A program made the position numbers and the translations under genes. Positions 45,978 through 55,470 of a DNA stretch of 64,000 nucleotides are shown piece by piece; position 1 is the first letter of the stretch, and the number at the start of each line of letters is the position of its first letter. The notes beneath the pieces are model-generated. The model had not been told where the DNA came from, searched no databases, and was given only the letters and a program-made list of their open reading frames with translations. Source of the DNA: a virus; the IMG/VR virus record IMGVR_UViG_3300037466_002724, positions 27,009 to 91,008 of that record. The stretch is one strand, 5' to 3'.

Positions 45978-46601
45978 TTAGTTGTGGCCGATGGCGGCCT
46001 TGATGAGTTGATAGGTCCTGGTGGCCGGGGTCCTGCTCTTGCCGTCGCGCCAGTTCGGGACTTCCGCGTCCATGGTCAGGCAGATGGCGTCCCAGTCGCG
46101 CACCAGGGCCGCCCACTTCTTCGACTTTTCAGCCATCTTCGGGAACAGCGGCACGAATTCGGGGCACCGCTCGAGCAGCAGACGGCAGCGGCGCACATCG
46201 GCCGGGTCGTGAGGCACGTCACCACTCCAGCCCTGCAGCGCGTCGAAGCCGGTCAGGTGGGTGAAAATCGTGTTGCTGCTGATGCCGCGCTCGCCACCGG
46301 CCAGCCATTTGCAGGCCGCCTCCGAGAGGCCGGTGACGCCGGGCGTCCGCTTGACCTGGCGCTCGAGATCAGGCCGGATCTTCGTCATCAGCGCGCAGAT
46401 GTCGCTTTCGAGGCCGAATGCGAAGTTTACGCCCATCTTCATGGCGAGTGCCGGTGACACGATAGCCTTCTTCGGCATCGCCGTGCTGATAGCCGTCAGC
46501 CACTTCGGCGGCAGCGCGCCCTCGACCAGCACGCAGCCGTCGCGCTCGGTGATCGTGAAGCGCGTCTGGCGCCCGTCGATCTGCATTGAAACCATGTCCA
46601 T
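45978..46601 (-). CDS. Hypothetical protein
   Basis: W..GGERGISS.TI…PHDPADVRRCRLLL phage motif. Confidence 0.7.
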   Translation of the reverse strand: MDMVSMQIDGRQTRFTITERDGCVLVEGALPPKWLTAISTAMPKKAIVSPALAMKMGVNFAFGLESDICALMTKIRPDLERQVKRTPGVTGLSEAACKWLAGGERGISSNTIFTHLTGFDALQGWSGDVPHDPADVRRCRLLLERCPEFVPLFPKMAEKSKKWAALVRDWDAICLTMDAEVPNWRDGKSRTPATRTYQLIKAAIGHN

Positions 46602-46625
46602 TATTCGGATCCTTGAGTGAGTTGA

Positions 46626-47645
46626 TCAGAGATAGGCTGGCGCGATCGACCGCGCCCAGCTCGGCAATTCGGCCTTGATGACCTGGCCGCCGTCGGCGCC
46701 CAGCCAGGTATCGGTGCGGCGGCACTCGAGGTAGCGGGCCAGGTCCTGCCGATACAGCGCGCGGCCGCGGGCGATGTCGTCCTCGTCCAGCCAGTGCACG
46801 GCGACGTCGTACGGGCGCATCTTTTGGGCCGCGATGAAACAGAAGTAGCGCGGCGCGTCGGCACCATAGAGCCAGTGCAGGATATCCAGGCACAGCGCCG
46901 CCTGGACGTCGTAGCGGCGGTTGGCGATCGAGCGGCCGAAGCCGGCCTTACTGACGTCGTCCGTCGTTTTCAGGTCCGGCACGACCATGCCGTTGGCGGT
47001 GATCAGGTCCGGCCGGGCCTTGAGCAGGATCAGGTCGTTGTCGTCGTAGCCCTCGCCGAGTACCTGTCGCGCGGTTACCGTGACGAAGAACGACTGCTCG
47101 ACGCGCGCGCCGCGGATCAGGTCGGGCGCCGTGTGGTGGCGCGAGACGGCGTTCAGCATGCCGAGCATGTTCTTGTAGTCCTGGGCGGCGATCGGGATGC
47201 GGTTGCCCATCGTCTTCGCGTGCTCGCGCAGCAGCCACGGCATCAGGCGCTCGGGCGGGAATCCGTCCTCGATCAGGCGGTCGACCAGCTCGCCCTTCGT
47301 GCCGCTGACCATCAGGCCACGCTCGGTGCACGCTTTCTTGAGGTCGACCACCAGGTCGAGAGCATCCGGGTACGCCGATTTGTCGAACCCGACCGCGTAG
47401 GTTTGCTCGAACATATGCGGCTCCAGCACCAGGGTGTGGGTGCCGCTGCCGACCGCGAAGCAATGCTTCTCCTCGCGTGGCTCGCGCTCGGGATTGACGT
47501 AGGCGTCCCAGAACGCCAGCGGGCTGATGGCAATCGCGTCGAGCATGCTCTTCGAGAGGCCCGGCGCGGCGTGGTACTGCTCGTTGGTAAGGTCAACCAG
47601 GCCATGGAGGTGCAACTCCTGCCCCGGTGCGTCTTGCAGTTCCAT
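46626..47645 (-). CDS. RecE/exonuclease VIII-like PD-(D/E)xK nuclease with inserted SAP-like motif
   Basis: NEQYHA..GLSKS.L…GSGTH.LVLEP…KARPD…DLKTT…YDVQAA. Confidence 0.85.
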   Translation of the reverse strand: MELQDAPGQELHLHGLVDLTNEQYHAAPGLSKSMLDAIAISPLAFWDAYVNPEREPREEKHCFAVGSGTHTLVLEPHMFEQTYAVGFDKSAYPDALDLVVDLKKACTERGLMVSGTKGELVDRLIEDGFPPERLMPWLLREHAKTMGNRIPIAAQDYKNMLGMLNAVSRHHTAPDLIRGARVEQSFFVTVTARQVLGEGYDDNDLILLKARPDLITANGMVVPDLKTTDDVSKAGFGRSIANRRYDVQAALCLDILHWLYGADAPRYFCFIAAQKMRPYDVAVHWLDEDDIARGRALYRQDLARYLECRRTDTWLGADGGQVIKAELPSWARSIAPAYL

Positions 47646-47676
47646 AAGTTCCCTTCATCAATTTTGTTAATGTAGC

Positions 47677-47708
47677 TCAATTCTGAATCAAATTTGAGTA
47701 ATGCGCAA
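47677..47708 (-). promoter_or_regulatory. Leftward early promoter with two TCA-N4-TGA operators
   Basis: TTGCGC-17-CAGAAT; TCAAATTTGA (47688-47697) and TCAATTCTGA (47677-47686). Confidence 0.65.
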
Positions 47709-47841
47709 GTATTGCTCCCCGGCTTGTCTGTTTAATCCACGCAACATCACGGGTTTTCACTTGGAATCACGATAATCATTTTTCGTGCATTGGTCTTTTA
47801 TTGTACAATTGCCGAACATCGTAATTTCGTAGAGGAACCAC

Positions 47842-48081
47842 GTGACTAACTTCGTTCAGGTATTCCACCAGGCGCTGGACCAGCTGGAGGCGGAGGCGCG
47901 CGAGGTCGACCTGACCTTGACCTCGATCTGCCGCGAGACCGGCGTGAGTCGCGCGACACCTGACCGGTGGCGCAAGAAGATCCCGACCACGATCCAGCTG
48001 CTCAGCGACATGCAGCAGGTGGTGACGGACCGGAAGGCCAAGCTGGCAGAAGATAAGAAGAACGCGCTGCACCACGACTGA
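47842..48081 (+). CDS. Small HTH regulator (Cro-like position)
   Basis: LTSICRETGVSRATPDRWR HTH; first gene of the rightward operon. Confidence 0.7.
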   Translation: MTNFVQVFHQALDQLEAEAREVDLTLTSICRETGVSRATPDRWRKKIPTTIQLLSDMQQVVTDRKAKLAEDKKNALHHD

Positions 48082-48137
48082 CGCACAATAATTAGCGCGG
48101 ATAGGAAGCACTCGAGCCGCGCCCTGAAAGAGACCGT

Positions 48138-49853
48138 ATGGCCGCAATCGCATTACGACCGTATCAAGAGGCGGGTGTCGCTGACATCCGCGCCGCGTTC
48201 AAGCGCAAGAACTACCCAGTGCTGTTCGTGCTGCCCACCGGCGGCGGCAAGACCTATACTTTCTGCTACATCGCGTCGAATGCAGCCGAGAAGGGCAACA
48301 ACGTCCTGATCATCGTGCACCGCAAGGAGCTGCTGCTGCAGGCCTCTAAATCGCTCAAGGCGCTTGGGATCGACCATGGCCTGATCAGCCCGCACTTCAC
48401 GCCGGCGCCGCACAAGATGGTCCAGGTCGCCAGCATCGACACGCTGCTGATCCGGCTGAAAAAGCACCTGGCGCGGTGCGAGGCCGCGATCGCCGCTGGC
48501 CGGGAGCCGCCCGCCAATCCCTACAGCTTCAAACTCGTCATCTACGACGAGGCGCACCACGTCACCCTGTCCAACAAATGGGGCAAGCTGCACGAGCTGC
48601 TGGGCAAGCAAATCACGCTGGGCGTCACCGCGACGCCGATCCGCGGTGACGGCTGCGGCCTGGGTGACGGCCACGGCGGCATCTTCAAAGAGATGGTCAT
48701 CGGCCCGCTCGTGCCCGAGCTGATCGGAATGGGCATGCTGATCAACCCGACGGTCTACACCTGCCTGTCGCCGCCTGACTTCTCCGATCTCAAGACGAAT
48801 GCCGAGGGCGAATACAACGCCAAGGATGTTGAGGAGCTGGTCGACAAGCCGGTGATCATCGGCAGCGCGGTCGATCACTACGCCGAAATCTGCCCGGGCG
48901 CGCGCGCGATCGTGTTCTGTGCGTCGATCAAGCACGCCAAACACGTGGTGCAGGAGTTCAATGCCCGCGGCTTCCGCTTCGCGCTGCTGGTGGGCGAGCC
49001 GGAAATGAGCGACGCCGAGCGCACCGAGGTGAACCGCAAGCTGGCTGAGGGCGAGCTCGACGGCGCGTGCACCGTGGCGCTGGTCGATGAGGGCTATGAC
49101 CTGCCGGCGCTCCAGGTGTGCATCGGCCTGGCGCCGACGGCGTCGCTGTCGCGCTACCTGCAGCGGGTCGGCCGGATCATGCGCCCGGCGCCCGGCAAGT
49201 CCACTGAGAACACCTGGTATCTCGACCATGTCGGCGACGTCGGCCGGACCGTGGACGGCATTTTCAAGGTCAAGCACGGCCTGCCGAACGCTCACCGCGA
49301 GTGGTCGCTCGAGGGCCGCAAGAAGCGCGGGAAGAAGTCGGCTGCCGACGACGTCAAGATGATGCAGTGCCCGGAGTGCTTCCACGTCTTCGAGCCGGCC
49401 AAGAGCTGTCCGCAGTGCGGCCACGACATGGCACCGCAGGCGCGCCAGATCGAGCAGGTGGACGGCCAGCTTCAAAAGGTGACCGAGGAGCTGGCTGCAG
49501 CAGCCGATGCCGCCAAGCAGGCGCGGCGCGACCAGGCGCGCGCGGAGACCGTCGAGGAGATGGTTGCCCAGCTCGGCTATACCCGCTCGCGCGCGCTGAT
49601 CATCGTCAAGGCACGGCAGGAGAAGGCGGCGCTCGTCGACGGGCTAAAAACTGACCTCACCGCGTGGCGCGAGGAGACCGGCCAGTCGCCGTTCGAGCTG
49701 TTCGGCGTCGCCATGGCCGACATCCCGAAGATGAAGCCGGCCGAGCTCAAGGAGCTGCGCGAGCGGTTCGAGGAGCACCGGCGTCAGCACAACACCAAGG
49801 AGGCGGTCGACGTGTTCCGCCGCCAGGCCCAGCAAGAACTCATCAATTTCTAA
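48138..49853 (+). CDS. SF2 DEAH-box helicase with C-terminal Zn ribbon
   Basis: LRPYQ, LPTGGGKT, DEAHH, TATP, EGYDLP, QRVGR; CPEC…CPQC. Confidence 0.9.
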   Translation: MAAIALRPYQEAGVADIRAAFKRKNYPVLFVLPTGGGKTYTFCYIASNAAEKGNNVLIIVHRKELLLQASKSLKALGIDHGLISPHFTPAPHKMVQVASIDTLLIRLKKHLARCEAAIAAGREPPANPYSFKLVIYDEAHHVTLSNKWGKLHELLGKQITLGVTATPIRGDGCGLGDGHGGIFKEMVIGPLVPELIGMGMLINPTVYTCLSPPDFSDLKTNAEGEYNAKDVEELVDKPVIIGSAVDHYAEICPGARAIVFCASIKHAKHVVQEFNARGFRFALLVGEPEMSDAERTEVNRKLAEGELDGACTVALVDEGYDLPALQVCIGLAPTASLSRYLQRVGRIMRPAPGKSTENTWYLDHVGDVGRTVDGIFKVKHGLPNAHREWSLEGRKKRGKKSAADDVKMMQCPECFHVFEPAKSCPQCGHDMAPQARQIEQVDGQLQKVTEELAAAADAAKQARRDQARAETVEEMVAQLGYTRSRALIIVKARQEKAALVDGLKTDLTAWREETGQSPFELFGVAMADIPKMKPAELKELRERFEEHRRQHNTKEAVDVFRRQAQQELINF

Positions 49854-49883
49854 TCGCGGCGCGCCGCACTACCAGGGGGAATC

Positions 49884-50345
49884 ATGGCATCAGTCAACAA
49901 GGTCATTATCGTGGGCAATCTCGGGCGCGACCCGGAAATGCGCTACATGCCGAGCGGCGACGCGATCGCGAACATCGCGGTGGCCACGTCGTACAAAACG
50001 AAGGGTCAGAACGGCGGCGAGGCCAAGGAATACACCGAATGGCACCGCATATCGTTCTTCGGTCGACTGGCTGAGGTCGTGGGCCAGTATCTGCAAAAGG
50101 GCAGCAGCGTCTACGTTGAAGGCCGGCTGCAGACCCGCAAGTACACCGACAAGGACGGCATCGAGCGCTACGCTACCGAGATCATCGCCGAGAACATGCA
50201 GATGCTAGGGAACACGAAGCAGCGTGAGGACGGCGGCGCGCCGCCACCGCAGCGCCAGGCTCCCCCGCAGCAGCGTCCGCAAGGCCAAGGAGGCGGCAAG
50301 CCCGCGCCGAACTTTTCGGACATGGACGATGACATCCCATTTTAA
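49884..50345 (+). CDS. ssb: Single-stranded DNA-binding protein
   Basis: [18 protein letters not shown]…TEWHRI…DDDIPF. Confidence 0.97.
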   Translation: MASVNKVIIVGNLGRDPEMRYMPSGDAIANIAVATSYKTKGQNGGEAKEYTEWHRISFFGRLAEVVGQYLQKGSSVYVEGRLQTRKYTDKDGIERYATEIIAENMQMLGNTKQREDGGAPPPQRQAPPQQRPQGQGGGKPAPNFSDMDDDIPF

Positions 50346-50358
50346 TCATTTCTGATCA

Positions 50359-50799
50359 ATGAGCGACGAAATCTCCGTCATGCGGCGCGCTTGGCTGCGC
50401 GTCGCCAATACCACGACGCTCTTCCGGTGCAACACGGGCAAGGCCTGGGCTGCTGGCGGCAAGGCGCAGCGCCGTCCTGACGGCTCCGTGCTGCTGCCGA
50501 ATGCGCGCCCGATCGCGCTCGGGTTGTCGATGCCGAACGGCGACCCGGTGGTAGGCACGCACGACCTGATCGGCTGGACCAGCCTGGTGATCACGCCGGC
50601 GATGGTCGGCAAGCGCGTGGCCGTGTTCACGTCCGCTGACGCCAAGAACTCGAGCGGCGGGCGCCAGCGGCCGGAGCAGGTGACGTGGAAAGACAACGTC
50701 CAGCGTGCCGGCGGTATCGCCGGTTTTTTCAGTTCGCCAGAGGGGGCCGAGCAGATCATCGCCGACTACATAAAAAATCTGGAACACGGGCAACAATAG
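50359..50799 (+). CDS. VRR-NUC-like nuclease
   Basis: LFRCNTG…GTHDLIG…K…RQRPEQ..W…V.RAGGIAG. Confidence 0.7.
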   Translation: MSDEISVMRRAWLRVANTTTLFRCNTGKAWAAGGKAQRRPDGSVLLPNARPIALGLSMPNGDPVVGTHDLIGWTSLVITPAMVGKRVAVFTSADAKNSSGGRQRPEQVTWKDNVQRAGGIAGFFSSPEGAEQIIADYIKNLEHGQQ

Positions 50800-50804
50800 G
50801 CTGC

Positions 50805-50821
50805 TCAAATACGATTATAAT
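50805..50821 (+). promoter_or_regulatory. Putative primase promoter with degenerate operator
   Basis: TCAAATACGA-t-TATAAT. Confidence 0.5.
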
Positions 50822-50888
50822 CATTGTTCATCACGGCATTTCTCGGTTTTCCTGCGCGACTCATTGCAGGCGACTAGTAGTGTTTTAC

Positions 50889-50956
50889 GGACGGGGGAGG
50901 GTAGCTCCCTGACGCTGCTGCTGGCGTCTTTTACCCCCGTTCTTTTTTCAGCAGCG
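50889..50956 (+). promoter_or_regulatory. Structured RNA leader (three-way junction + U-tract) upstream of the primase
   Basis: ACGGGGG/CCCCCGT outer stem enclosing AGGG/CCCT and GACGC/GCGTC hairpins, then TTTTTT; CGCTGCTG is complementary to CAGCAGCG downstream. Confidence 0.55.
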
Positions 50957-50978
50957 AATGTCCCACAGCAGAAGGACT

Positions 50979-53909
50979 ATGGCCAAATTACCAGAGGATG
51001 TCATCAAGAGGGCGCGCGAGGTTGATATTGTCGACCTCATCGAGCGTTACGGCGTAAAACTCCACAAAGCAGGACCCGAATACAAGGGCATCTGTCCCTT
51101 CCACAGCGAAAAGTCACCATCTTTTACCGTTACACCTGACGTCGAGAGCTCGGGCATCGGGCGCTATCATTGCTTCGGCTGCGGAGCATCTGGCGGCACG
51201 ATCCAGTTCGTCATGGACTATGCGTCGGCCGATTTTCGCGATGCCGTCACCATGATCACCGGCGGTACGAGTGCAACTGTACCACCGCCGGAGCGCCGCA
51301 CGATTGAGCGCGATCAACCGGACGAGTGGAATTCGCTCAACAAGGTCACCCAGATCGCGCCGACGCCGCCGGACATCAAGTACCTGGCTGCGCCGAGCAG
51401 CTTCGAGGTACCCAAGAGCGTGAACAGCTTCACCGGCAACGACGGCGTCACCCGGGTCAAGCACGTGGCCGCGCACCGCTGGGCGTACCTGAACGCCGAT
51501 GGCGAGCTGATCGGCTACATCGTCCGGTTCAACCTGCTCTGGGGTGGCAAGGAGGTCATCCCCCAGACCTGGTGCTCGAACAGCAACACGGGCGAGATGG
51601 CCTGGAAATGGAAGTCGTTCGGCAAGCCGAGGCCCATGTACGGGCTCGAGCTGCTGGCGGCGAACCCGAAAGCGCAGGTCCTGGTCGTCGAGGGCGAGAA
51701 AGCCTGCGACGCCGCGCGCGCGCTGTTCGCCTCGCTCGGCATCCCGCCGTCGAAGCTGGTCGTGGTCAGCTGGCCGGGCGGCAGCAAGGCAATCAAGCAC
51801 GTCGACTGGTTCCCGCTGTTCCGCCGCTCTGTCGCCTTCTGGCCGGATGCCGACCAGAAACCCTATCCGGAAAACCATCCGCGTGCCGGCGACCTCATGC
51901 CGGCGATCGAGCAGCCGGGCATGGTCGCGATGCGCGACATCTACCGCGCGATCAAGGACCAGTGCGAGGGCTGCAAGCTGATCATGCCGCCGACCGGCGT
52001 GCCCGACGGCTGGGACCTGGCCGACGAGGCGCCAGAAGCGTTCAACCTCAAGGCCCACATGAAGACCGGCGTGCTCGCGGCCGAGGTGTTCGAGGCGCCG
52101 GCCGCCGAGGAGCTGGCCGAGGATCCGCCCTGGGACACTGGCGAGCCGATGGCCGAGCAGGAGCTGGCCGCCGAGTCTCCCGCGCCGGCACCGAAACCCG
52201 CACCAGCGCCGCGCCAGTCACGCGCCGACGAGCACGACAAGCTCGAGGACCCGGCACTGGCAAAGAACGGCTATTTCCGCGTGCTGGGCTACGACCACGA
52301 TCGGTTCTACCTGCTGCAGCATGAGAAGAGCCAGATCATGGTCTACACCAAGTCGGATTTTTCCGAGCCTGGTCTGATTGAACTGGCACCGCTCGACTGG
52401 TGGGAGACCTATTTCCCGGGCGGGAAGAATGGCGGCATCGACAAGCGTGCGGCAATGAACTGGCTGGTGCGCAAGGCCCACAGCCGCGGCGTCTACAGCA
52501 TGAACCGCCTGCGCGGCCGCGGCGGCTGGCTGGATCGCGGCCGCCTGGTGTTCCACCATGGCGACTTCCTGACCGTCGACGGCAAGCGCGTCGAGATCTC
52601 GAACATGGACAGCTACTACGTCTACGAGATGGCCGAGGCGCTGCCCGACATCCCGGACGAGGCCATGACCTGCGAGGAGGGGCGCGACCTGCTCGACCTG
52701 GCCAGCATCTTCCGCTGGACGAAACCGGCGTCCGCGGCGCTGATGGCCGGATGGGTGGCGCTGGCGCCGATCGGCGGCTCGATCCGCTGGCGGCCGCACA
52801 TCTGGCTGAACGGTGGCGCTGGGTCCGGCAAGACAACTGTCCTCAACCGCTTCGTGCACCACCTGATGAACGGTATGGACCTGTTCGCGCAAGGTAACTC
52901 GACCGAGGCTGGCCTGCGCCAGGAGCTCAAGGGCGATGCGCGGCCGGTGCTGTTCGATGAGTCCGAGTCCCAGACCGAGCGCGAGGCGCTGCGCATCCAG
53001 GCCGTGCTCGCGATGATCCGCCAGGCCTCGAGCGAGAGCCAGGCGAAGACCTACAAAGGCACGGCAGGCGGCGACGCGATGGCCTTCCACATTCGCTCGA
53101 TGTTCTGCCTCGCCTCGATCCAGGTCGGAATCAAGTTCCAGGCGGACATCGAGCGCATGACCGTGCTGTCGCTCCAGCCGAAACACACGGACCCGGAGCC
53201 GGAAGAGACATGGAAGCGCATCGACAATGCTCTGCACGTGATGCAGCGCGACGAGACGCTGTCGGGCCGCCTGATCCGCCGCTCGCTCGAGCTGCTGCCG
53301 GTGACGCTCAAGAACATCGACGTGTTCAGCGAGGCCGCGGCCATCCGCTTCGGCAGCCAGCGCGACGGCGACCAGTACGGCACGCTGCTGGCCGGCGCCT
53401 GGTCGCTGATTTCCCGCGAGGTGGCAACCCGCGAGGCGGCGCTCGAGATGATCGACATGTACGACTGGTCGGAGCACCGCGAGAACAACGACACGGACGA
53501 GGGCGAGCGCGCGCTGGCTGCGCTGATGGGCGCGCTGGTGCGGATCCAGGGCTCGGCCGAGATCACGGTCAACGAGCTGGTGCGCACGGCCAAGGGCTAC
53601 CAGGTCGACGGCGTCACGATGAGCAATTCGAACGCCGAGGCAGTGCTGCAGCGGCATGGCATGCGCATCGAGGCTAACCGCCTGATCCTGTCGAACTCAT
53701 CCGGCGAGCTCAGGCGCCTGATGCATGGCACGCCTTTCGAGTCCGACCTGCGCGGTGTGCTTCTGCGCCTACGCGGTGCCGACCGATGCAATAACCGCAG
53801 CTACAAGTTCTCAGGTGTGCCGTCTAAGGCCATCTCGATCCCGCTCGACGACCTGCTGGACGACGATGTCCAGATGAAGATGTCGGACTACGATGAGGTG
53901 AATTTCTGA
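50979..53909 (+). CDS. Primase-helicase (CHC2 Zn finger + TOPRIM + P-loop NTPase)
   Basis: CPFHSEKSPSF…HCFGCG; VVEGEK..D…WPDAD…GWDLAD; GGAGSGKTT…VLFDESE. AAGGA SD favours start 50979 over 50958. Confidence 0.9.
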   Translation: MAKLPEDVIKRAREVDIVDLIERYGVKLHKAGPEYKGICPFHSEKSPSFTVTPDVESSGIGRYHCFGCGASGGTIQFVMDYASADFRDAVTMITGGTSATVPPPERRTIERDQPDEWNSLNKVTQIAPTPPDIKYLAAPSSFEVPKSVNSFTGNDGVTRVKHVAAHRWAYLNADGELIGYIVRFNLLWGGKEVIPQTWCSNSNTGEMAWKWKSFGKPRPMYGLELLAANPKAQVLVVEGEKACDAARALFASLGIPPSKLVVVSWPGGSKAIKHVDWFPLFRRSVAFWPDADQKPYPENHPRAGDLMPAIEQPGMVAMRDIYRAIKDQCEGCKLIMPPTGVPDGWDLADEAPEAFNLKAHMKTGVLAAEVFEAPAAEELAEDPPWDTGEPMAEQELAAESPAPAPKPAPAPRQSRADEHDKLEDPALAKNGYFRVLGYDHDRFYLLQHEKSQIMVYTKSDFSEPGLIELAPLDWWETYFPGGKNGGIDKRAAMNWLVRKAHSRGVYSMNRLRGRGGWLDRGRLVFHHGDFLTVDGKRVEISNMDSYYVYEMAEALPDIPDEAMTCEEGRDLLDLASIFRWTKPASAALMAGWVALAPIGGSIRWRPHIWLNGGAGSGKTTVLNRFVHHLMNGMDLFAQGNSTEAGLRQELKGDARPVLFDESESQTEREALRIQAVLAMIRQASSESQAKTYKGTAGGDAMAFHIRSMFCLASIQVGIKFQADIERMTVLSLQPKHTDPEPEETWKRIDNALHVMQRDETLSGRLIRRSLELLPVTLKNIDVFSEAAAIRFGSQRDGDQYGTLLAGAWSLISREVATREAALEMIDMYDWSEHRENNDTDEGERALAALMGALVRIQGSAEITVNELVRTAKGYQVDGVTMSNSNAEAVLQRHGMRIEANRLILSNSSGELRRLMHGTPFESDLRGVLLRLRGADRCNNRSYKFSGVPSKAISIPLDDLLDDDVQMKMSDYDEVNF

Positions 53910-54283
53910 TGGCGGCGCCGATCAGGGTCACCGGCGCCTTCGTCAATGACTTCAACGAGTATTGCGAGCGGGCCGGGCTCACCGGTCCGGAGCGCGAGCG
54001 CCTGCGCCAGGACGTTCGGGCGGACTTCGCCACCGTCGGGGGCTTCATCTCCGAGACGGTGTCGGTGTATCGTTTCTGTGATGAGACCTGGGGTTATCTG
54101 CCCACGCCGCGGCTGTGCGAGGGCTACTTGGCGTCCAAAGGCTGGTATCCGGAGGACCCGACCATCTTCCAGCGGTGCGGGATACTACTGCTGGCCAAGC
54201 TATGCGCGCAGGCTGCCGGCGTTATATCGTGGCCGGACGGCCAAACAGCGCCGACATCAGCGGATCCGGCGGCGGAATCGTAA
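53909..54283 (+). CDS. Hypothetical protein
   Basis: TGATG-coupled to the primase. Confidence 0.65.
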   Translation: MAAPIRVTGAFVNDFNEYCERAGLTGPERERLRQDVRADFATVGGFISETVSVYRFCDETWGYLPTPRLCEGYLASKGWYPEDPTIFQRCGILLLAKLCAQAAGVISWPDGQTAPTSADPAAES

Positions 54284-54569
54284 CTGGCTTGGGGGCGGGG
54301 GAGGCACGCCGTTTGCCGCCTTTCGGCCGCCGGGCGTCGAGCTCGCAGCCGATCTTGTAGACGGGGTGCCGGTCCTCGGCGAACCCACAAACGTAGATGT
54401 AGTTCTGTTCGCGCAGGAACAGGATGCAGCGGCGCGTGTCCTCGTCGCGGCCGTCGTTCAGTTCGATGAGCTGAGGGCGGGACAGCTGGGTGTCTTCGAG
54501 TGCGCGCAGCAGCGCAAATGCACGGGACTGGAGCGGGTTGCGGGGTTCGGGAAGGATCAGGTTCGACAT
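54222..54569 (-). CDS. Hypothetical (winged-helix-like) protein
   Basis: ORF in the leftward cluster; ends with a DPLMSALFG phage motif. Confidence 0.55.
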   Translation of the reverse strand: MSNLILPEPRNPLQSRAFALLRALEDTQLSRPQLIELNDGRDEDTRRCILFLREQNYIYVCGFAEDRHPVYKIGCELDARRPKGGKRRASPAPKPVTIPPPDPLMSALFGRPATI

Positions 54570-54607
54570 CGTCTCAAGCAGTCTATGCCGGAGACCGTCC
54601 GGCGCGG

Positions 54608-54823
54608 TTACCAGGCAGCCGCAAGGCCGTCCAGGTGATCGAGATCAATCTGCATCTCGCGCCCGATCGCCAAAATCGCCACGATAATCACGTCACGGCT
54701 CTGGTCGCTCTTCGCGCGCTGGAGCATGTCCCGGGCATGGTTCAACCGGTCAAGGTCCGTTTGCAGGTACTGTCGCCAGCGTATCGTCACGGCGCTGCGC
54801 ATGTCGTCTTTTTGAGTATTCAT
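54608..54823 (-). CDS. Hypothetical protein
   Basis: Fits the leftward gene string. Confidence 0.55.
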   Translation of the reverse strand: MNTQKDDMRSAVTIRWRQYLQTDLDRLNHARDMLQRAKSDQSRDVIIVAILAIGREMQIDLDHLDGLAAAW

Positions 54824-54827
54824 GGCA

Positions 54828-54974
54828 TCACGGGTACGCCTCGATCGCGCCGACGGCCAGGATGCACAGCGCCAAGCCGACCCAGCATGCCCACTGGTTG
54901 CGGTCGAGCCAGGCGAACAGGCGCAGGATGGGGGACTGGCGAGTGATGGTGGCTCCGGTGTGGTAGGGCTTCAT
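54828..54974 (-). CDS. Small membrane protein (48 aa, absent from the track)
   Basis: MKPYHTG…WACWVGLALCILAVGAIEAYP; ATGA-coupled. Confidence 0.55.
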   Translation of the reverse strand: MKPYHTGATITRQSPILRLFAWLDRNQWACWVGLALCILAVGAIEAYP

Positions 54975-55432
54975 GCCGCGCGCTCCTGTTCGACTTTTGC
55001 CAGCAGCTGGTCGATCGATTCCTTTTCCGCATTGACCTTGCGGATGAGCGTGGCATCAACCATCGCGTCGATCGCGTCCAGTCTGGTGCGGGCAAGTTTC
55101 AGGGCTTCGTACAACTGGTCACGCTGGGCCTCGAGGCGCCCGAGGGCGCTCCCCTGCTCGATAATGTAGTTCTCGACGTTGAACTCCTCGACTTCCTCCG
55201 TGGGAACTCCGTCGAAAGCGTTCCAGCATGCTGCGAGGCGACGAGCGTTGTCCCGGTTCTTCTCGGCGCGCTCGCGGCCAGCCTTGACGCCATCGGGGCC
55301 GCCGTCGGTGAAGACGAAGCGCAGAGTGTCCGCGACTACGCCATCAGCGCCGATCAGCAGCGTTGGGTAGTCGCAGTCGTCGCGGGTCTTGAGGGCCAGC
55401 CGGCCCGTCGCGTGCTTCTCGTTGGTATCCAT
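54971..55432 (-). CDS. Hypothetical phage protein
   Basis: AGGAAGG SD; NARRLAACWNA motif. Confidence 0.7.
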   Translation of the reverse strand: MDTNEKHATGRLALKTRDDCDYPTLLIGADGVVADTLRFVFTDGGPDGVKAGRERAEKNRDNARRLAACWNAFDGVPTEEVEEFNVENYIIEQGSALGRLEAQRDQLYEALKLARTRLDAIDAMVDATLIRKVNAEKESIDQLLAKVEQERAA

Positions 55433-55470
55433 ACCTTCCTTTCTTCGCCGGCCCGGCCGGCATCGGTTGA

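Noticed and set aside
44650-46116. ATPase start at 46116 (and similar upstream-extended starts such as 4701, 13870, 17722, 33910, 37450, 58175, 58856, 61261)
   Set aside because: Extensions overlap neighbouring genes; downstream starts have SDs or stop-start coupling and match domain boundaries.
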